Of a stretch of DNA of 32,000 bases, positions 1 to 9,336 are shown piece by piece. The notes below the pieces were generated by a model. The model saw only the letters and a list, made by a program, of their open reading frames with translations. It did no database searches and was not told the origin of the DNA. The stretch is from assembly GCA_003144275.1 (NCBI GenBank), contig NJBF01000017.1, positions 30,001 to 62,000 on the forward strand. Reading direction: 5' to 3'. Numbering within the stretch: the first letter of the stretch is position 1; the number at the start of each line of letters is the position of its first letter. The translations under genes and the position numbers were made by a program. This DNA comes from Candidatus Heimdallarchaeota archaeon B3_Heim (lineage in GTDB: Archaea > Asgardarchaeota > Heimdallarchaeia > Hodarchaeales > Hodarchaeaceae).

Positions 1-1
1 T

Positions 2-625
2 GGTCTGTTCGTTAAGCAGCATAGAAGCTTTCTTGCACGAAAAATCGGTCAGAAGGTATTTTCAAATAAATTCAATTTAAAACATTCTCCTTTCTTAACA
101 CCACTAGTAACTTCGAAATCATTTGATGACGAAGGTGTTCCAACAAAAGAATTCTATTTCATTAAAGAAGGTGTTGTTGAATCGCTTGCCCATAACAGGT
201 TGACTGCTTTTCAGATGGAAAAAGAGCCCAATGGATGTGGTTATGAATCAGAAAGAACCTCCTTTGGAATCCCAACAGCAACTCTCTTAGAACCCTCACG
301 GGATCACACTTTTGAGGATCTTGTTCAAGAAATTGAAAATGGAATTCTAATTTCTAGACTGTATTATTCCAACTGGGCCAATCCTATGGCAGGAATATTA
401 ACAGGAACCACAAGAAATGGTTTTTTTAAGATTGAATCCGGTGAAATCACAACAGCTCTACATCCAATGAGACACACTACCTCTATCTTTGAGATGTTTG
501 GTGAAGGGTTAGAATTGGCCAATAAAATTCATCAACCACCAATGCAAATGATGCCAGGGGTTCAATCTATTATGGTTCCAGCTTTAAAGACTTCTAAGAT
601 GCATATGACAACTTATGCTAATTAA
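2..625 (+). CDS. TldD/PmbA-family metalloprotease subunit, C-terminal part (5'-truncated by window edge; probably PmbA/TldE-like)
   Basis: The frame of ORF 200..625 is open back to position 2 (GLFVKQHRSFLARKIGQKVFS...SFDDEGVPTKEFYFIKEGVV). FDDEGVP, GILISRLYY, TGTTRNGFFKIESGEI are typical C-terminal TldD/PmbA motifs. The HExxxH region lies outside the window. Confidence 0.85.
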   Translation, partial: GLFVKQHRSFLARKIGQKVFSNKFNLKHSPFLTPLVTSKSFDDEGVPTKEFYFIKEGVVESLAHNRLTAFQMEKEPNGCGYESERTSFGIPTATLLEPSRDHTFEDLVQEIENGILISRLYYSNWANPMAGILTGTTRNGFFKIESGEITTALHPMRHTTSIFEMFGEGLELANKIHQPPMQMMPGVQSIMVPALKTSKMHMTTYAN

Positions 626-649
626 GTATAGTAGGTGGATGAAATTATT

Positions 650-1174
650 ATGAAAAAAATAATTATTTTAGCTATGCATGGCGCACCTCCGAATGATTTC
701 CCATCTGAGGAGAAGAATGAATTTTTTCGCTTACATTCGAAAATCGAAGCTTCATCTCTGTCTCTTAGTAAAGAATCCTTAAATCGGTATGATTACTTAG
801 AAGAGAAAATGAGAACATGGCCGAGAAATGAAAAAAACGATCCATACTTTTACGGTTCTTTAGATATCGCAGAACAACTTGGAATTGTAACAGAAAAACC
901 TGTGATTGTTGGATTTAATGAATTTTGTGCACCAACCATTCTGGAAGCGATTACACAAGCTGTTCACGAAGGAGCAACTAAAATATTTGTTCTAACGACT
1001 ATGTTAACACGAGGAGGGGACCATTCTGAAAAAGATATCCCAGAAGAAGTGTCCAAAGCTAGAATGAAGTTCTCCGCTGTTTCAATAAGATTTCTTTGGC
1101 CCTATAATCCTTTGTCCATTGCTCATTTTTTATCTCAACAGATTGAAGAAATATCATCAATTGAAGAAATTTAG
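650..1174 (+). CDS. CbiX/SirB-like class II chelatase-fold protein with internal insertion
   Basis: ILAMHG (first His), VGFNEFCAPTILEAI, TRGGDHSEKDIP (second His) match the CbiX/SirB pattern. ATG 650 is preferred over GTG 635 because AGGTGG lies upstream. Confidence 0.75.
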   Translation: MKKIIILAMHGAPPNDFPSEEKNEFFRLHSKIEASSLSLSKESLNRYDYLEEKMRTWPRNEKNDPYFYGSLDIAEQLGIVTEKPVIVGFNEFCAPTILEAITQAVHEGATKIFVLTTMLTRGGDHSEKDIPEEVSKARMKFSAVSIRFLWPYNPLSIAHFLSQQIEEISSIEEI

Positions 1175-1179
1175 ATATT

Positions 1180-1920
1180 TTAACAGATAGGGATTTGTAC
1201 ATCATCACGTGTCAGCTCTAGAATCATTCTTTTCTGATCTCTGACAATTTGACCATCACGAAGCCAGCAAATCCTATCAGCGATGTCTATTAGCTTCAAA
1301 TCATGTGTTGTGTTAATGACAGTAACTCCCGTCTCTCTGTTCAGTTTTTTTAATAATTCTACAATTTGCGTTCCCGTTTGAAGATCTAAATTTGCCGTTG
1401 GTTCGTCTGCTAGGATTAAGCTTGGTCTGTTTGCGATTGCGCGTGCAATCGCTACCCGTTGCTGTTGCCCACCACTGAGTTCACCCGGTAAATGATGCAT
1501 TCTATCTTCTAAACCAACCTGGGCTAAAGCATCTTCGGCTCGCTTATTTATTTCCTTTTTCGATTTTCCAGATAATTGTAAAGGAAAAGCTACATTATCT
1601 AAAGCCGTTAATGATTCGATCAAATTAAAAGTTTGGAAGACGAAACCAATCTTAAATACCCTGAGGGAGGATAATTCTGATTTATCCAGATCTGATAGAG
1701 CTAATCCATCGATTAAGCATTCTCCTTCATCTGGAACATCTAATGCACCTACCATATTCAGTAAGGTTGTTTTACCAGAACCTGAAGGCCCCATTATCAC
1801 AATATATTCCCCTGGTTTTACTTCTAAATTTATTCCCCGCAATGCATGTACTTTCTCATCTCCAATTTCAAAATACTTGTGTAATTCTTGGATTTGAACA
1901 GTTAATTTCACATCTGACAT
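1180..1920 (-). CDS. ABC transporter ATP-binding protein, LolD/MacB/FtsE family
   Basis: Walker [10 protein letters not shown]-loop FQTFNL, signature [13 protein letters not shown], Walker [14 protein letters not shown]-loop THD; GGAGG SD upstream. Confidence 0.95.
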   Translation of the reverse strand: MSDVKLTVQIQELHKYFEIGDEKVHALRGINLEVKPGEYIVIMGPSGSGKTTLLNMVGALDVPDEGECLIDGLALSDLDKSELSSLRVFKIGFVFQTFNLIESLTALDNVAFPLQLSGKSKKEINKRAEDALAQVGLEDRMHHLPGELSGGQQQRVAIARAIANRPSLILADEPTANLDLQTGTQIVELLKKLNRETGVTVINTTHDLKLIDIADRICWLRDGQIVRDQKRMILELTRDDVQIPIC

Positions 1921-2682
1921 TCATTGATCTCCTCCAATTTTGGGGTCTTCACAAGCCCCGTCATCTACTGCAAGGGTAACTTTGATATTATGAATGGTCT
2001 CAATACGTTTAATTTTTCCATCATCTATCCATATAATACGATCTGATACATCTATCATTTTCAAATCATGAGTAGCTGTAAGAACTGTTGTTCCCTTTTC
2101 TGAATTTAAATTTCGTAATAAAGTTATTATCTCTAATCCTGTTTCAAGATCTAAATTTCCAGTGGGTTCATCGGCTAGAATAATCGCTGGATCATTAACT
2201 AAAGATCTAGCAATAGCTACCCGTTGTTGCTGCCCACCGCTAAGCTGAGCTGGTCGATGATTCATGCGATCACCTAATCCAACAAGCGTTAATACCTCTT
2301 TAACTTTTTGTTGACGAAATTCTCGTGGTTTTTTGGCAAAAATGGCTGGCATCTCTACATTTTCAAAAGCAGTAAGATTTGGGATCAGGTTGAAAGTTTG
2401 GAAGATATATCCAATTTTTCTACATCGAAGCCACGCAAGTTCATATGCATCCAGTTTTGCGATATCAACTTCATCAATATACACTCGTCCTTTTGTAGGT
2501 TGGTCTAAACCACCGACACAATTAAAAAATGTAGTTTTTCCGCTACCAGAAGGGCCCATTAAGCTCACGTATTCCCCGTGTTTGATTTGGACGGAAATCC
2601 CTTGTAAGGCTCTAACTCTTTCTTCTCCCATAAAATATGTCCTGTATATGTCTTCTACCTTTAGTGTATACTGATAACTCAT
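1921..2682 (-). CDS. ABC transporter ATP-binding protein, LolD/MacB/FtsE family (second paralogue)
   Basis: [42 protein letters not shown] all intact. Confidence 0.95.
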   Translation of the reverse strand: MSYQYTLKVEDIYRTYFMGEERVRALQGISVQIKHGEYVSLMGPSGSGKTTFFNCVGGLDQPTKGRVYIDEVDIAKLDAYELAWLRCRKIGYIFQTFNLIPNLTAFENVEMPAIFAKKPREFRQQKVKEVLTLVGLGDRMNHRPAQLSGGQQQRVAIARSLVNDPAIILADEPTGNLDLETGLEIITLLRNLNSEKGTTVLTATHDLKMIDVSDRIIWIDDGKIKRIETIHNIKVTLAVDDGACEDPKIGGDQ

Positions 2683-2702
2683 ATATTCACACCCTATCTC
2701 CT

Positions 2703-3314
2703 TTAGATTTTCCTCAATGCCTCAGCAGGGTTTAATCTGGAAGCTCCATATACAGGCAAAATTGAAGCTAATACTACCAAAATACTAGATAAGACTGTTC
2801 CCCCAATTATCAACAAGCCAATAAATTCTGTTTGAGTATCTACAAAGGCCATTGTGGACTCATAATTAAATTCTAAGAGAGTTAATCCGATTCCAATCAA
2901 TACTCCTATTATTGATCCAAGAATCCCGGAAAGAATACCAATGAAAAGACTCTCAAATAAGAACAGTTTGATAACATGACTTGGTAAGGTTCCAAGGGTC
3001 ATGTATGTTCCTATTTCTCCACTTCGTTGCCCTACTTCCATAAACATTGAATTAGTGACACCTACAACACATAATATTAATCCAACTACTAATAGATAGC
3101 TCTGTTCTCGAGCAATATTAGATATTGGATCAAAATGATCTACCAACATTGAGTAAACGATGAGAGTAATTATAAATGAGATTCCAAGGATAATACCTAC
3201 ACCATTTATTAATACTCGTCCCTTTCTTTGACGAATATTCTTCCATGCGTGCCTAAGCGCAGTATTTGTAGAGTATTGAGTTTTAGGTAACCCTAAGCGG
3301 TTCAGTTTAGTCAT
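2703..3314 (-). CDS. Small FtsX/MacB-type ABC permease (about 4 TM, no large extracytoplasmic domain)
   Basis: N-terminal AWKNIRQRKGR before TM1; EVGQRSGEIGTYMTLG...LFLFESLFIG and C-terminal LPVYGASRLNPAEALRKI are FtsX-domain hallmarks. Confidence 0.85.
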   Translation of the reverse strand: MTKLNRLGLPKTQYSTNTALRHAWKNIRQRKGRVLINGVGIILGISFIITLIVYSMLVDHFDPISNIAREQSYLLVVGLILCVVGVTNSMFMEVGQRSGEIGTYMTLGTLPSHVIKLFLFESLFIGILSGILGSIIGVLIGIGLTLLEFNYESTMAFVDTQTEFIGLLIIGGTVLSSILVVLASILPVYGASRLNPAEALRKI

Positions 3315-3693
3315 TGATGATATCCTCCTTGATATCTAATTGCGTATCCAATTTCTCCATCTTCAGAGTTTCGTCAATGATTTGTCTCCAATTTATTTTT
3401 TCAGTTATTAGCTCTTTAAGATGAGACTTGAGAAGCAAACTTGCCTTGTCTTCACCCAATCGCGTTGCATTCCAAGTAACATAAGGGGAGTAGAATCGTG
3501 TATGGTTTAATTCTGCTTGGTTATCCGTAATTTCAAATTTAATGAATCCCAACTCTCCTAAGTAGCAAACAGAATTTGGACAAAGGATATCAATTTCTCT
3601 CATTTCTTTTTTAAGATACAATATATTGTAATCAGAAGAGTTATTTAATTTGTGACCACAAGGACATTGTGCATTAGATTCTTCAGAACCCAT
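3307..3693 (-). CDS. Hypothetical soluble protein with CPCGH and CPNSVC Cys motifs (putative Zn-binding)
   Basis: 128-aa ORF whose stop overlaps the permease start by 8 nt; paired Cys clusters. Confidence 0.7.
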   Translation of the reverse strand: MGSEESNAQCPCGHKLNNSSDYNILYLKKEMREIDILCPNSVCYLGELGFIKFEITDNQAELNHTRFYSPYVTWNATRLGEDKASLLLKSHLKELITEKINWRQIIDETLKMEKLDTQLDIKEDIIND

Positions 3694-3727
3694 TCCTAAT
3701 CTTCCAAAGCGGTGATAAATTTTTGGA

Positions 3728-3753
3728 TTTATAAACGACTACTAAGTAGTTGT
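3728..3753 (-). promoter_or_regulatory. TATA-like box (TTTATAAA) with abutting inverted repeat ACTACT-A-AGTAGT
   Basis: TTTATAAA at 3728-3735 is ~35 nt upstream of ATG 3693. Perfect palindrome at 3738-3750, extending with one mismatch to 3735-3753. Confidence 0.45.
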
Positions 3754-3867
3754 ATTTTTTTTCCCCTAATTATCATGATTGGACTTATTTTCTTAAGTGT
3801 TTGTCTTCTTAGATATATCAGTACTTGAGATATTTCAATCTAACTCTAGAAAAAAGGTAAATAAAAA

Positions 3868-5271
3868 TTATCCAACTATCTTTCCGATATTAACTTTTTT
3901 GGTTTTTCCTAGGATCCTAATAGGTTCAAATCGCATACTCGGTATTTTTGAATAATATCCTAAGTCTATGTTCTCCCCAACTCCAGTAATAGCGTTGAAC
4001 AGCTCATAAATATTTCCAAAAATAGTGATTTTTCCAACAGCTTGTGAACGTTCACCATTTTTTAAGCTAAATGCTTCTGTTGTTTTTATCTCGAAATTAC
4101 CAGTTACTACATCAAAAAAATTGATTGAAGCAATGCCACTGACCTGTACTCCTCGTGTTATACTCTCCTGTAATTTATCATCTGGGTGCTTGATTGCTTC
4201 GATTGTTATATTTGTTAGAATCTTTGAAGGAGAGTTGCGGTGGATTGGACTCTCCATCATATTTGGGATTCCTCGCAAAGTGTTTCCTGAAGGTGATTGA
4301 TCATGAATTCCAACCCCTTGTAAATCCCTAGGCCATTCTGTTGGTTTACCTTCTCTATATAATTGCAATGTCTTTGTCTGCACTCCCTCGTGATCAAATG
4401 GATGAGAACCTACACGTGAGGGGTCGTTAGATTCTTCTCGTATTTCAATCAAGGGAGATATTTGTGTAATAGTAGTTGGAGAGGACGAATTTGCGAATTT
4501 TGAAAATAGAGGACGAAGTATTAAATCTCCAATCTGACACATAGCACGACTATTGAAAACAATAGGGAGGATTTGATTATCCCTAATTCTCTTTGGCTTG
4601 GTAAAATTAGTTGATTCGTCAAGTTCAGAATCAAATTCTGTTAATATGCCATTATCAAGATTTCGATGAATTTTTCTATAATTTTTTTCAAAAATGATCT
4701 GATTTTTAATTCCTGCAATTAATCGGGCTTGTGTTAATATAAAAGAATTAGAATGGCTAATTTGCAGGTCATTAGAATTAATTAGGGATGTATTTTGTGT
4801 TTTAATAGCTATAACACCAGAATCTAGGATCATGGGTGCTTTATGAGCTTGTACTAATCCTCTGAGAGATTGAGCATGTTCTTTTAAATCGCATAGTGAT
4901 AATTCTGTAATTCTTGTATCATATTGCTTACTAAAAGCAGAGCTAACAGCGGGGATTTCGCTTGCAAAATCAAATGGTACAGAAGAAAAAGCTTGGAGTG
5001 GAGATCCAAATGACAGATTGAGTTTCTTCTTAAATAATTTTTCATTAAACCCATCGATTGCTTGAAAAATCATTCGATTATTCATTTGGTAACGAATACC
5101 AAATCCAAACTCTTCTAACGATGAAAGATCGACAATTCTACCTGAGGAAAACAATACCTGTTTGATATATGTCTGTGTTCCAAATACCTCTGCAGTTACC
5201 GCTCCAGAATCCATTACAGTTTTGTGAACAGCTTCTGTTTCAGTCAACAGTGCATTTTGAGTTGATTCCAT
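3868..5271 (-). CDS. pmbA: PmbA/TldE-like subunit (divergent)
   Basis: HPFDHEGVQTK, GNTLRG, NFFDVVTGNFEI, ITIFGNIYELFNAI; no HExxxH; directly follows a TldD-like gene. Confidence 0.7.
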   Translation of the reverse strand: MESTQNALLTETEAVHKTVMDSGAVTAEVFGTQTYIKQVLFSSGRIVDLSSLEEFGFGIRYQMNNRMIFQAIDGFNEKLFKKKLNLSFGSPLQAFSSVPFDFASEIPAVSSAFSKQYDTRITELSLCDLKEHAQSLRGLVQAHKAPMILDSGVIAIKTQNTSLINSNDLQISHSNSFILTQARLIAGIKNQIIFEKNYRKIHRNLDNGILTEFDSELDESTNFTKPKRIRDNQILPIVFNSRAMCQIGDLILRPLFSKFANSSSPTTITQISPLIEIREESNDPSRVGSHPFDHEGVQTKTLQLYREGKPTEWPRDLQGVGIHDQSPSGNTLRGIPNMMESPIHRNSPSKILTNITIEAIKHPDDKLQESITRGVQVSGIASINFFDVVTGNFEIKTTEAFSLKNGERSQAVGKITIFGNIYELFNAITGVGENIDLGYYSKIPSMRFEPIRILGKTKKVNIGKIVG

Positions 5272-5290
5272 ACTTATATCTTCCTCTCAT

Positions 5291-6676
5291 CTATCTTTCT
5301 TGAACTTGAAATCGATCGAATAGCATGGTTGGAGACACTACACCACAGATTATTCCTCCACCTTTCGTACAGTATATATTTGATATAAATGATTTTTTTC
5401 CTAGATATTTAAGGCCTGTTGTAAAATCCTCAATAGGAGAGGTGATCACTACTGATAAAGGGAGATCTCTATGCAAATTTCCATCTGCAAATAGAAGGGA
5501 TTGTTCTGGTAAAATCCTAATCATATTATTCTGCCAGTCAACCGATACCTCTAATGCTCCTTGGCATAAGACTCCTTGCTGAATTTTCGTCAGCATCTCT
5601 TCTAAACTTACTTTACCTGGTTCAACCACGAGATTTGTTGAGGCTGGAAAAAGATATTGATTATTTAAAGATAAACGTGCATTGTAACTGTTTGTAACCT
5701 TTAATCTTTGTGCTGAATTAGAATCTGTAATAAAACTGGTTAAAACACCATTTTCTATAACAGTTGATTTTTTACTTGGAAAACCTTCGGCATCATGAGC
5801 AAATTTGATCAATCGTGAGTCTGAATAATTTGGTACATCATGAATGGTTAGAGATTTGGAAAAAATTCTTTTCTTATGCTTTTTTCTCCAAGGACTCCCT
5901 GATAGTGCAAAATCACCATCGAGACCGTGAATTAATTCATGAATAATGGATCCAGTAAGATTTCCATCCATTATTACGGGCATTCTTTTCTTTGGTGGTA
6001 ACGTTACGACTGCTGAATTCAGAAATCTAAGTGCTTTTGCTTTACCGATTGTTTTAGCAAGTTTAGGCGTAAAATTGGAATGATTTAAAGCCCCAGCTAA
6101 GGTAAATGACCTATGAAGTTTTTTTAGTGCAAACTCATATTTCATACTATAGTCCAAGAAAAATTCTGATATCTTATTAGAGATTAAAGTGCCATCGGAA
6201 TTTCCAAGATACAAGATCCCTTCTCTATCTTGATATCTAAATGCAGTTTGGATTTTTGGTGATACTCCCTTAATCGCTGAATCAAATTTTTTGACAAGAT
6301 GAATTTTTTCTTTTTCCAGAACCTCAGAGTCATTACCTTCGGATAAATGAGCTGTTCCTTTATTACTTATGAACCCAAGAATTCGGTCTGGCAAAATAAC
6401 ATCATTCACTTGTTTGAATGCTTGCAGAGACTCAACTGCATTCTCAACTAAACGATTAAGAGATTGCTCACAAACGGATGTAGTGTGACTATGACCGAAG
6501 TATTCGTCTATCCATATAGATAATTGTAATTCGATGAAATGGGACGTTTGTATCCACTCTTTTCTCCCTTGGTCAAACGTCAACTCCATACTATTAAGAT
6601 CTGTTAACCTAACTTCAGAATATTTAACCCCTTTTTCCTTACACAGTTGGTTAATAAGTGTGAAAATATCGTGCAA
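5291..6676 (-). CDS. tldD: TldD-like metalloprotease subunit with shortened HExxH motif
   Basis: YSEVRL near the N-terminus, IIHELIHGLDGD, HDAEGFP, ENGVLTSFI, PASTNLVVEPG, C-terminal CTKGG. TTG start with GAGG upstream. Confidence 0.8.
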   Translation of the reverse strand: MHDIFTLINQLCKEKGVKYSEVRLTDLNSMELTFDQGRKEWIQTSHFIELQLSIWIDEYFGHSHTTSVCEQSLNRLVENAVESLQAFKQVNDVILPDRILGFISNKGTAHLSEGNDSEVLEKEKIHLVKKFDSAIKGVSPKIQTAFRYQDREGILYLGNSDGTLISNKISEFFLDYSMKYEFALKKLHRSFTLAGALNHSNFTPKLAKTIGKAKALRFLNSAVVTLPPKKRMPVIMDGNLTGSIIHELIHGLDGDFALSGSPWRKKHKKRIFSKSLTIHDVPNYSDSRLIKFAHDAEGFPSKKSTVIENGVLTSFITDSNSAQRLKVTNSYNARLSLNNQYLFPASTNLVVEPGKVSLEEMLTKIQQGVLCQGALEVSVDWQNNMIRILPEQSLLFADGNLHRDLPLSVVITSPIEDFTTGLKYLGKKSFISNIYCTKGGGIICGVVSPTMLFDRFQVQER

Positions 6677-6809
6677 TCATAAACCTCTTGACTGGAAAGC
6701 ATTAGGAGTAATTAGACAATAATGTACTTGGTATTAATTGTATATTTAAGAAAAAGTATAAAAAATGTGAAACCAGGATAGAAAAAGAGGAGAGAAGAAT
6801 AAGTCATTT

Positions 6810-9029
6810 CTATTCTTCTAATGTATCATCAGATCTTGTGTTCTTGGGAGTTCTGAGATAACCAAGATTCTTCTTTCTGATCACTATTGAGAATATAATT
6901 ATAGCAACTAGAATTAGGATAATCCCAAGTACAATCATAGTAATTGCTGCAGGATCAAACGCAAAATAGAGATTAATAAATACATCTACTGCCGTTATCA
7001 CACCAACACCCGTTAATGCTCCAGCTCCAATTGGCATACCGATATCCATGAAGCCTTCCACTCCCTTATTTTTGATGAACAATATTCTGATTAAACCACC
7101 AATGCCCATTGTAACAATCAAGAAAGGAGGCATCGCTGTTCCAATACCAACACCTATGGGATTAATAGGGGAAAACCCTAGCGGAATCCGAATCAAAACA
7201 AGGATTATACCTACAAGAGCACCCAATAAAAGAGGAAGAATCTTAAAAACTTCTAAGCTACCAGATAAAAAGGCAAGAGAAGTCTCAATTCCAGGATCCC
7301 AGGCCTGTGTTGGTAATTTCTCTGACCTAAGCCCATAAGCACTCCAGAGAAACAATGCTACAAAGGGACCAATAAGCATAGGTATACCACGTCGAATAAA
7401 TTCACTTGCTCCGACTTTCCAAAAAGTTAAATTGATCTGTTCTGCCATGACACAATGAGCAATATATCCACAACCTGATTGTTGCGAGGAAAAAGTTACG
7501 TTTCCAACAGAATAAGCAGGATAATTCATGCGAATCCCGGAGAAGAAAATTGTAAGAGAAAATAATTCTGGTGAGGGTGCAACTCCCATTCCCATGGTTC
7601 CGAGGGATCTAGTTATCATCAGATTGGATAATAGCGGAAAAAGGGTAACTAAGAAGAGGACTACTATAATCCAAAGTGGATCGAAATAATCGGATAAGAA
7701 TATCCAAATCACACCATAAATAACCCCTACTCCAAAGAAAACTAATAAACTCGCAGTTAAAGGCAATTCACCTTGCTTTGAAACAGTCCGCATTTTCTTT
7801 AGATCTTTAAGAGATGCAACTAACAATTTGCTTGAAAGTAGAATGGGAAGCATTGATCCAACAAAGATTATTGCTGCGGAGAACGATATTCCCCAAATAC
7901 TTTGAGATTCACCCCAAAGTGCCATTATGGCCCCTTTAGAACCCCCTTCACTAGTATACGTAAGAAATGACCATAATCCTTCAAAATTTATTCCCTCAGC
8001 GAACCAAGAAAGATCTGCATACTGTCCGTAAGGATTGAATCCTATAGTCCACAGAAAAGCTAGCATTGGCATAACCACTAAGGAAAATGTGAGGGCTCCT
8101 AGAAGGGCCCCAAAAGAAACTTCCTTGGGAACCAAGAAGCCTAAAATTAAGAAGAAAGCATTGAAGCTAATAGCAAAAAATGCTCCTTTCAATATTGGAT
8201 GAATATTCCATAACTCTTCTGTGAAGAAAATACTTGTTTCAATTATCTTCCCCCGAGTTCCTGGATCATCCACAGGTAAAGCAGGATTCAATAAAGGAAG
8301 CCAGTCTAGAATGGATCTGATAGGTTCGATATTAGTAATATTATACATCAAGTCAGGCAGATTAACGTCTAGAGTATTTGGAATGTACAGGAATGCCATT
8401 ACTATGGTTGCACCAATTAAACCTCTTACGAAATATTTAAACCGATAATCCATTTGTCCAGAGGCAAGATTCTGTACGGTTTCAGCTTTAAGCGAATGAA
8501 TAGGCCATGGCATAACCTCTAATTCCATATAATACTTTCTGAGGATGAAACCAAAACCTAATCCGCTTAAAATACCGATTTGGTAAAGAAGGAAAAAGAA
8601 GATAATAGGAAAAAGCCAATCAACTGCAATAGGTATTCTATCGGCGATAATACTTGAATTAATATCTGGTAACATCCACCAAGGTAGTGTTATTCCAGCA
8701 TCGATTATTTTTTCATGAGTTGCAAATTGAATCCAAAAAACGACCGTTGATGATGATAAAGCAGGTGTTGCTGCTAAGACTAATCCCAACTCTTGCTTTG
8801 TGGCTTTTTCTCCAGTCCATGCAAAATATCTAGAGATTATTAAGCCAGCGACAAACATAAAGGCCCAGCCACTGAAAATTCCTGTTGTCATATCTGCGTA
8901 TGTAGCTGCAAATGAAAAAAATCCACCTAGAACGGTCATGGCCAGTACTACCCGTAATGACATTTCCCGTTTTTTAGTAACATTAACTGCAGAGGCTTCT
9001 AGTACCTCTTCTGCTCTATAATCACTCAT
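6810..9029 (-). CDS. Large polytopic membrane protein, OPT/oligopeptide-transporter-like
   Basis: 739 aa with many hydrophobic helices. N-terminal SLRVVLAMTVLG...YADMTTG...TKQE, LPWPI-like MPWPI and C-terminal GVGIGTAMPP resemble OPT-superfamily motifs. The family call comes from pattern recall, not a search. Confidence 0.6.
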   Translation of the reverse strand: MSDYRAEEVLEASAVNVTKKREMSLRVVLAMTVLGGFFSFAATYADMTTGIFSGWAFMFVAGLIISRYFAWTGEKATKQELGLVLAATPALSSSTVVFWIQFATHEKIIDAGITLPWWMLPDINSSIIADRIPIAVDWLFPIIFFFLLYQIGILSGLGFGFILRKYYMELEVMPWPIHSLKAETVQNLASGQMDYRFKYFVRGLIGATIVMAFLYIPNTLDVNLPDLMYNITNIEPIRSILDWLPLLNPALPVDDPGTRGKIIETSIFFTEELWNIHPILKGAFFAISFNAFFLILGFLVPKEVSFGALLGALTFSLVVMPMLAFLWTIGFNPYGQYADLSWFAEGINFEGLWSFLTYTSEGGSKGAIMALWGESQSIWGISFSAAIIFVGSMLPILLSSKLLVASLKDLKKMRTVSKQGELPLTASLLVFFGVGVIYGVIWIFLSDYFDPLWIIVVLFLVTLFPLLSNLMITRSLGTMGMGVAPSPELFSLTIFFSGIRMNYPAYSVGNVTFSSQQSGCGYIAHCVMAEQINLTFWKVGASEFIRRGIPMLIGPFVALFLWSAYGLRSEKLPTQAWDPGIETSLAFLSGSLEVFKILPLLLGALVGIILVLIRIPLGFSPINPIGVGIGTAMPPFLIVTMGIGGLIRILFIKNKGVEGFMDIGMPIGAGALTGVGVITAVDVFINLYFAFDPAAITMIVLGIILILVAIIIFSIVIRKKNLGYLRTPKNTRSDDTLEE

Positions 9030-9195
9030 CGATTCTTACCTCTAGTTTGACATTTCCAGATTGAATATTAAGAATAAGAGATTTGTGGATTATTTATACA
9101 TAAAAACGATTAAAGCAAATCTTTCTCCTTTATTCTTAAGAGTTACGGCATATTAGCAATATCAAAGTAAATCTCACCAAATTTATCGTAAAAAA
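9030..9195. promoter_or_regulatory. Divergent promoter region between the two arms of the peptide-processing locus
   Basis: AT-rich intergenic stretch with TTTATACATAAAA (~9093-9105); flanking genes point away from each other; GAGGT SD before the left gene. Confidence 0.4.
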
Positions 9196-9336
9196 ATGAG
9201 GATATCTACTTTTTCATCTATGGATATGTCCATATCCTTTAGTAATTTGGTAGGGGGATTAGCAAGTTTAACAGTACTCGGATTTATTTTCGCAAATATA
9301 GAATATTATCTAAGGAAATTTTCTTTATCATCATAA
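9196..9336 (+). CDS. Candidate 46-aa hydrophobic small ORF, in frame with the downstream permease
   Basis: Hand translation: MRISTFSSMDMSISFSNLVGGLASLTVLGFIFANIEYYLRKFSLSS*. One TM-like segment; below the ORF-track cutoff. Confidence 0.3.
   Translation: MRISTFSSMDMSISFSNLVGGLASLTVLGFIFANIEYYLRKFSLSS

Noticed and set aside
1915-1945. The two ABC ATPase genes are in the same frame, joined by TGA-ATG, suggesting readthrough or selenocysteine to give a fused NBD-NBD protein
   Set aside because: A strong GGAGG SD lies just upstream of the second ATG, the linker is not a redox site, and no SECIS-like element was recognised. Ordinary translational coupling explains it.
6672-6690. Out-of-frame ATG 4 nt upstream of the left tldD TTG start, suggesting a frameshift
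   Set aside because: The GAGG SD is better spaced for the TTG than for the ATG, and the ATG frame closes after nine codons.
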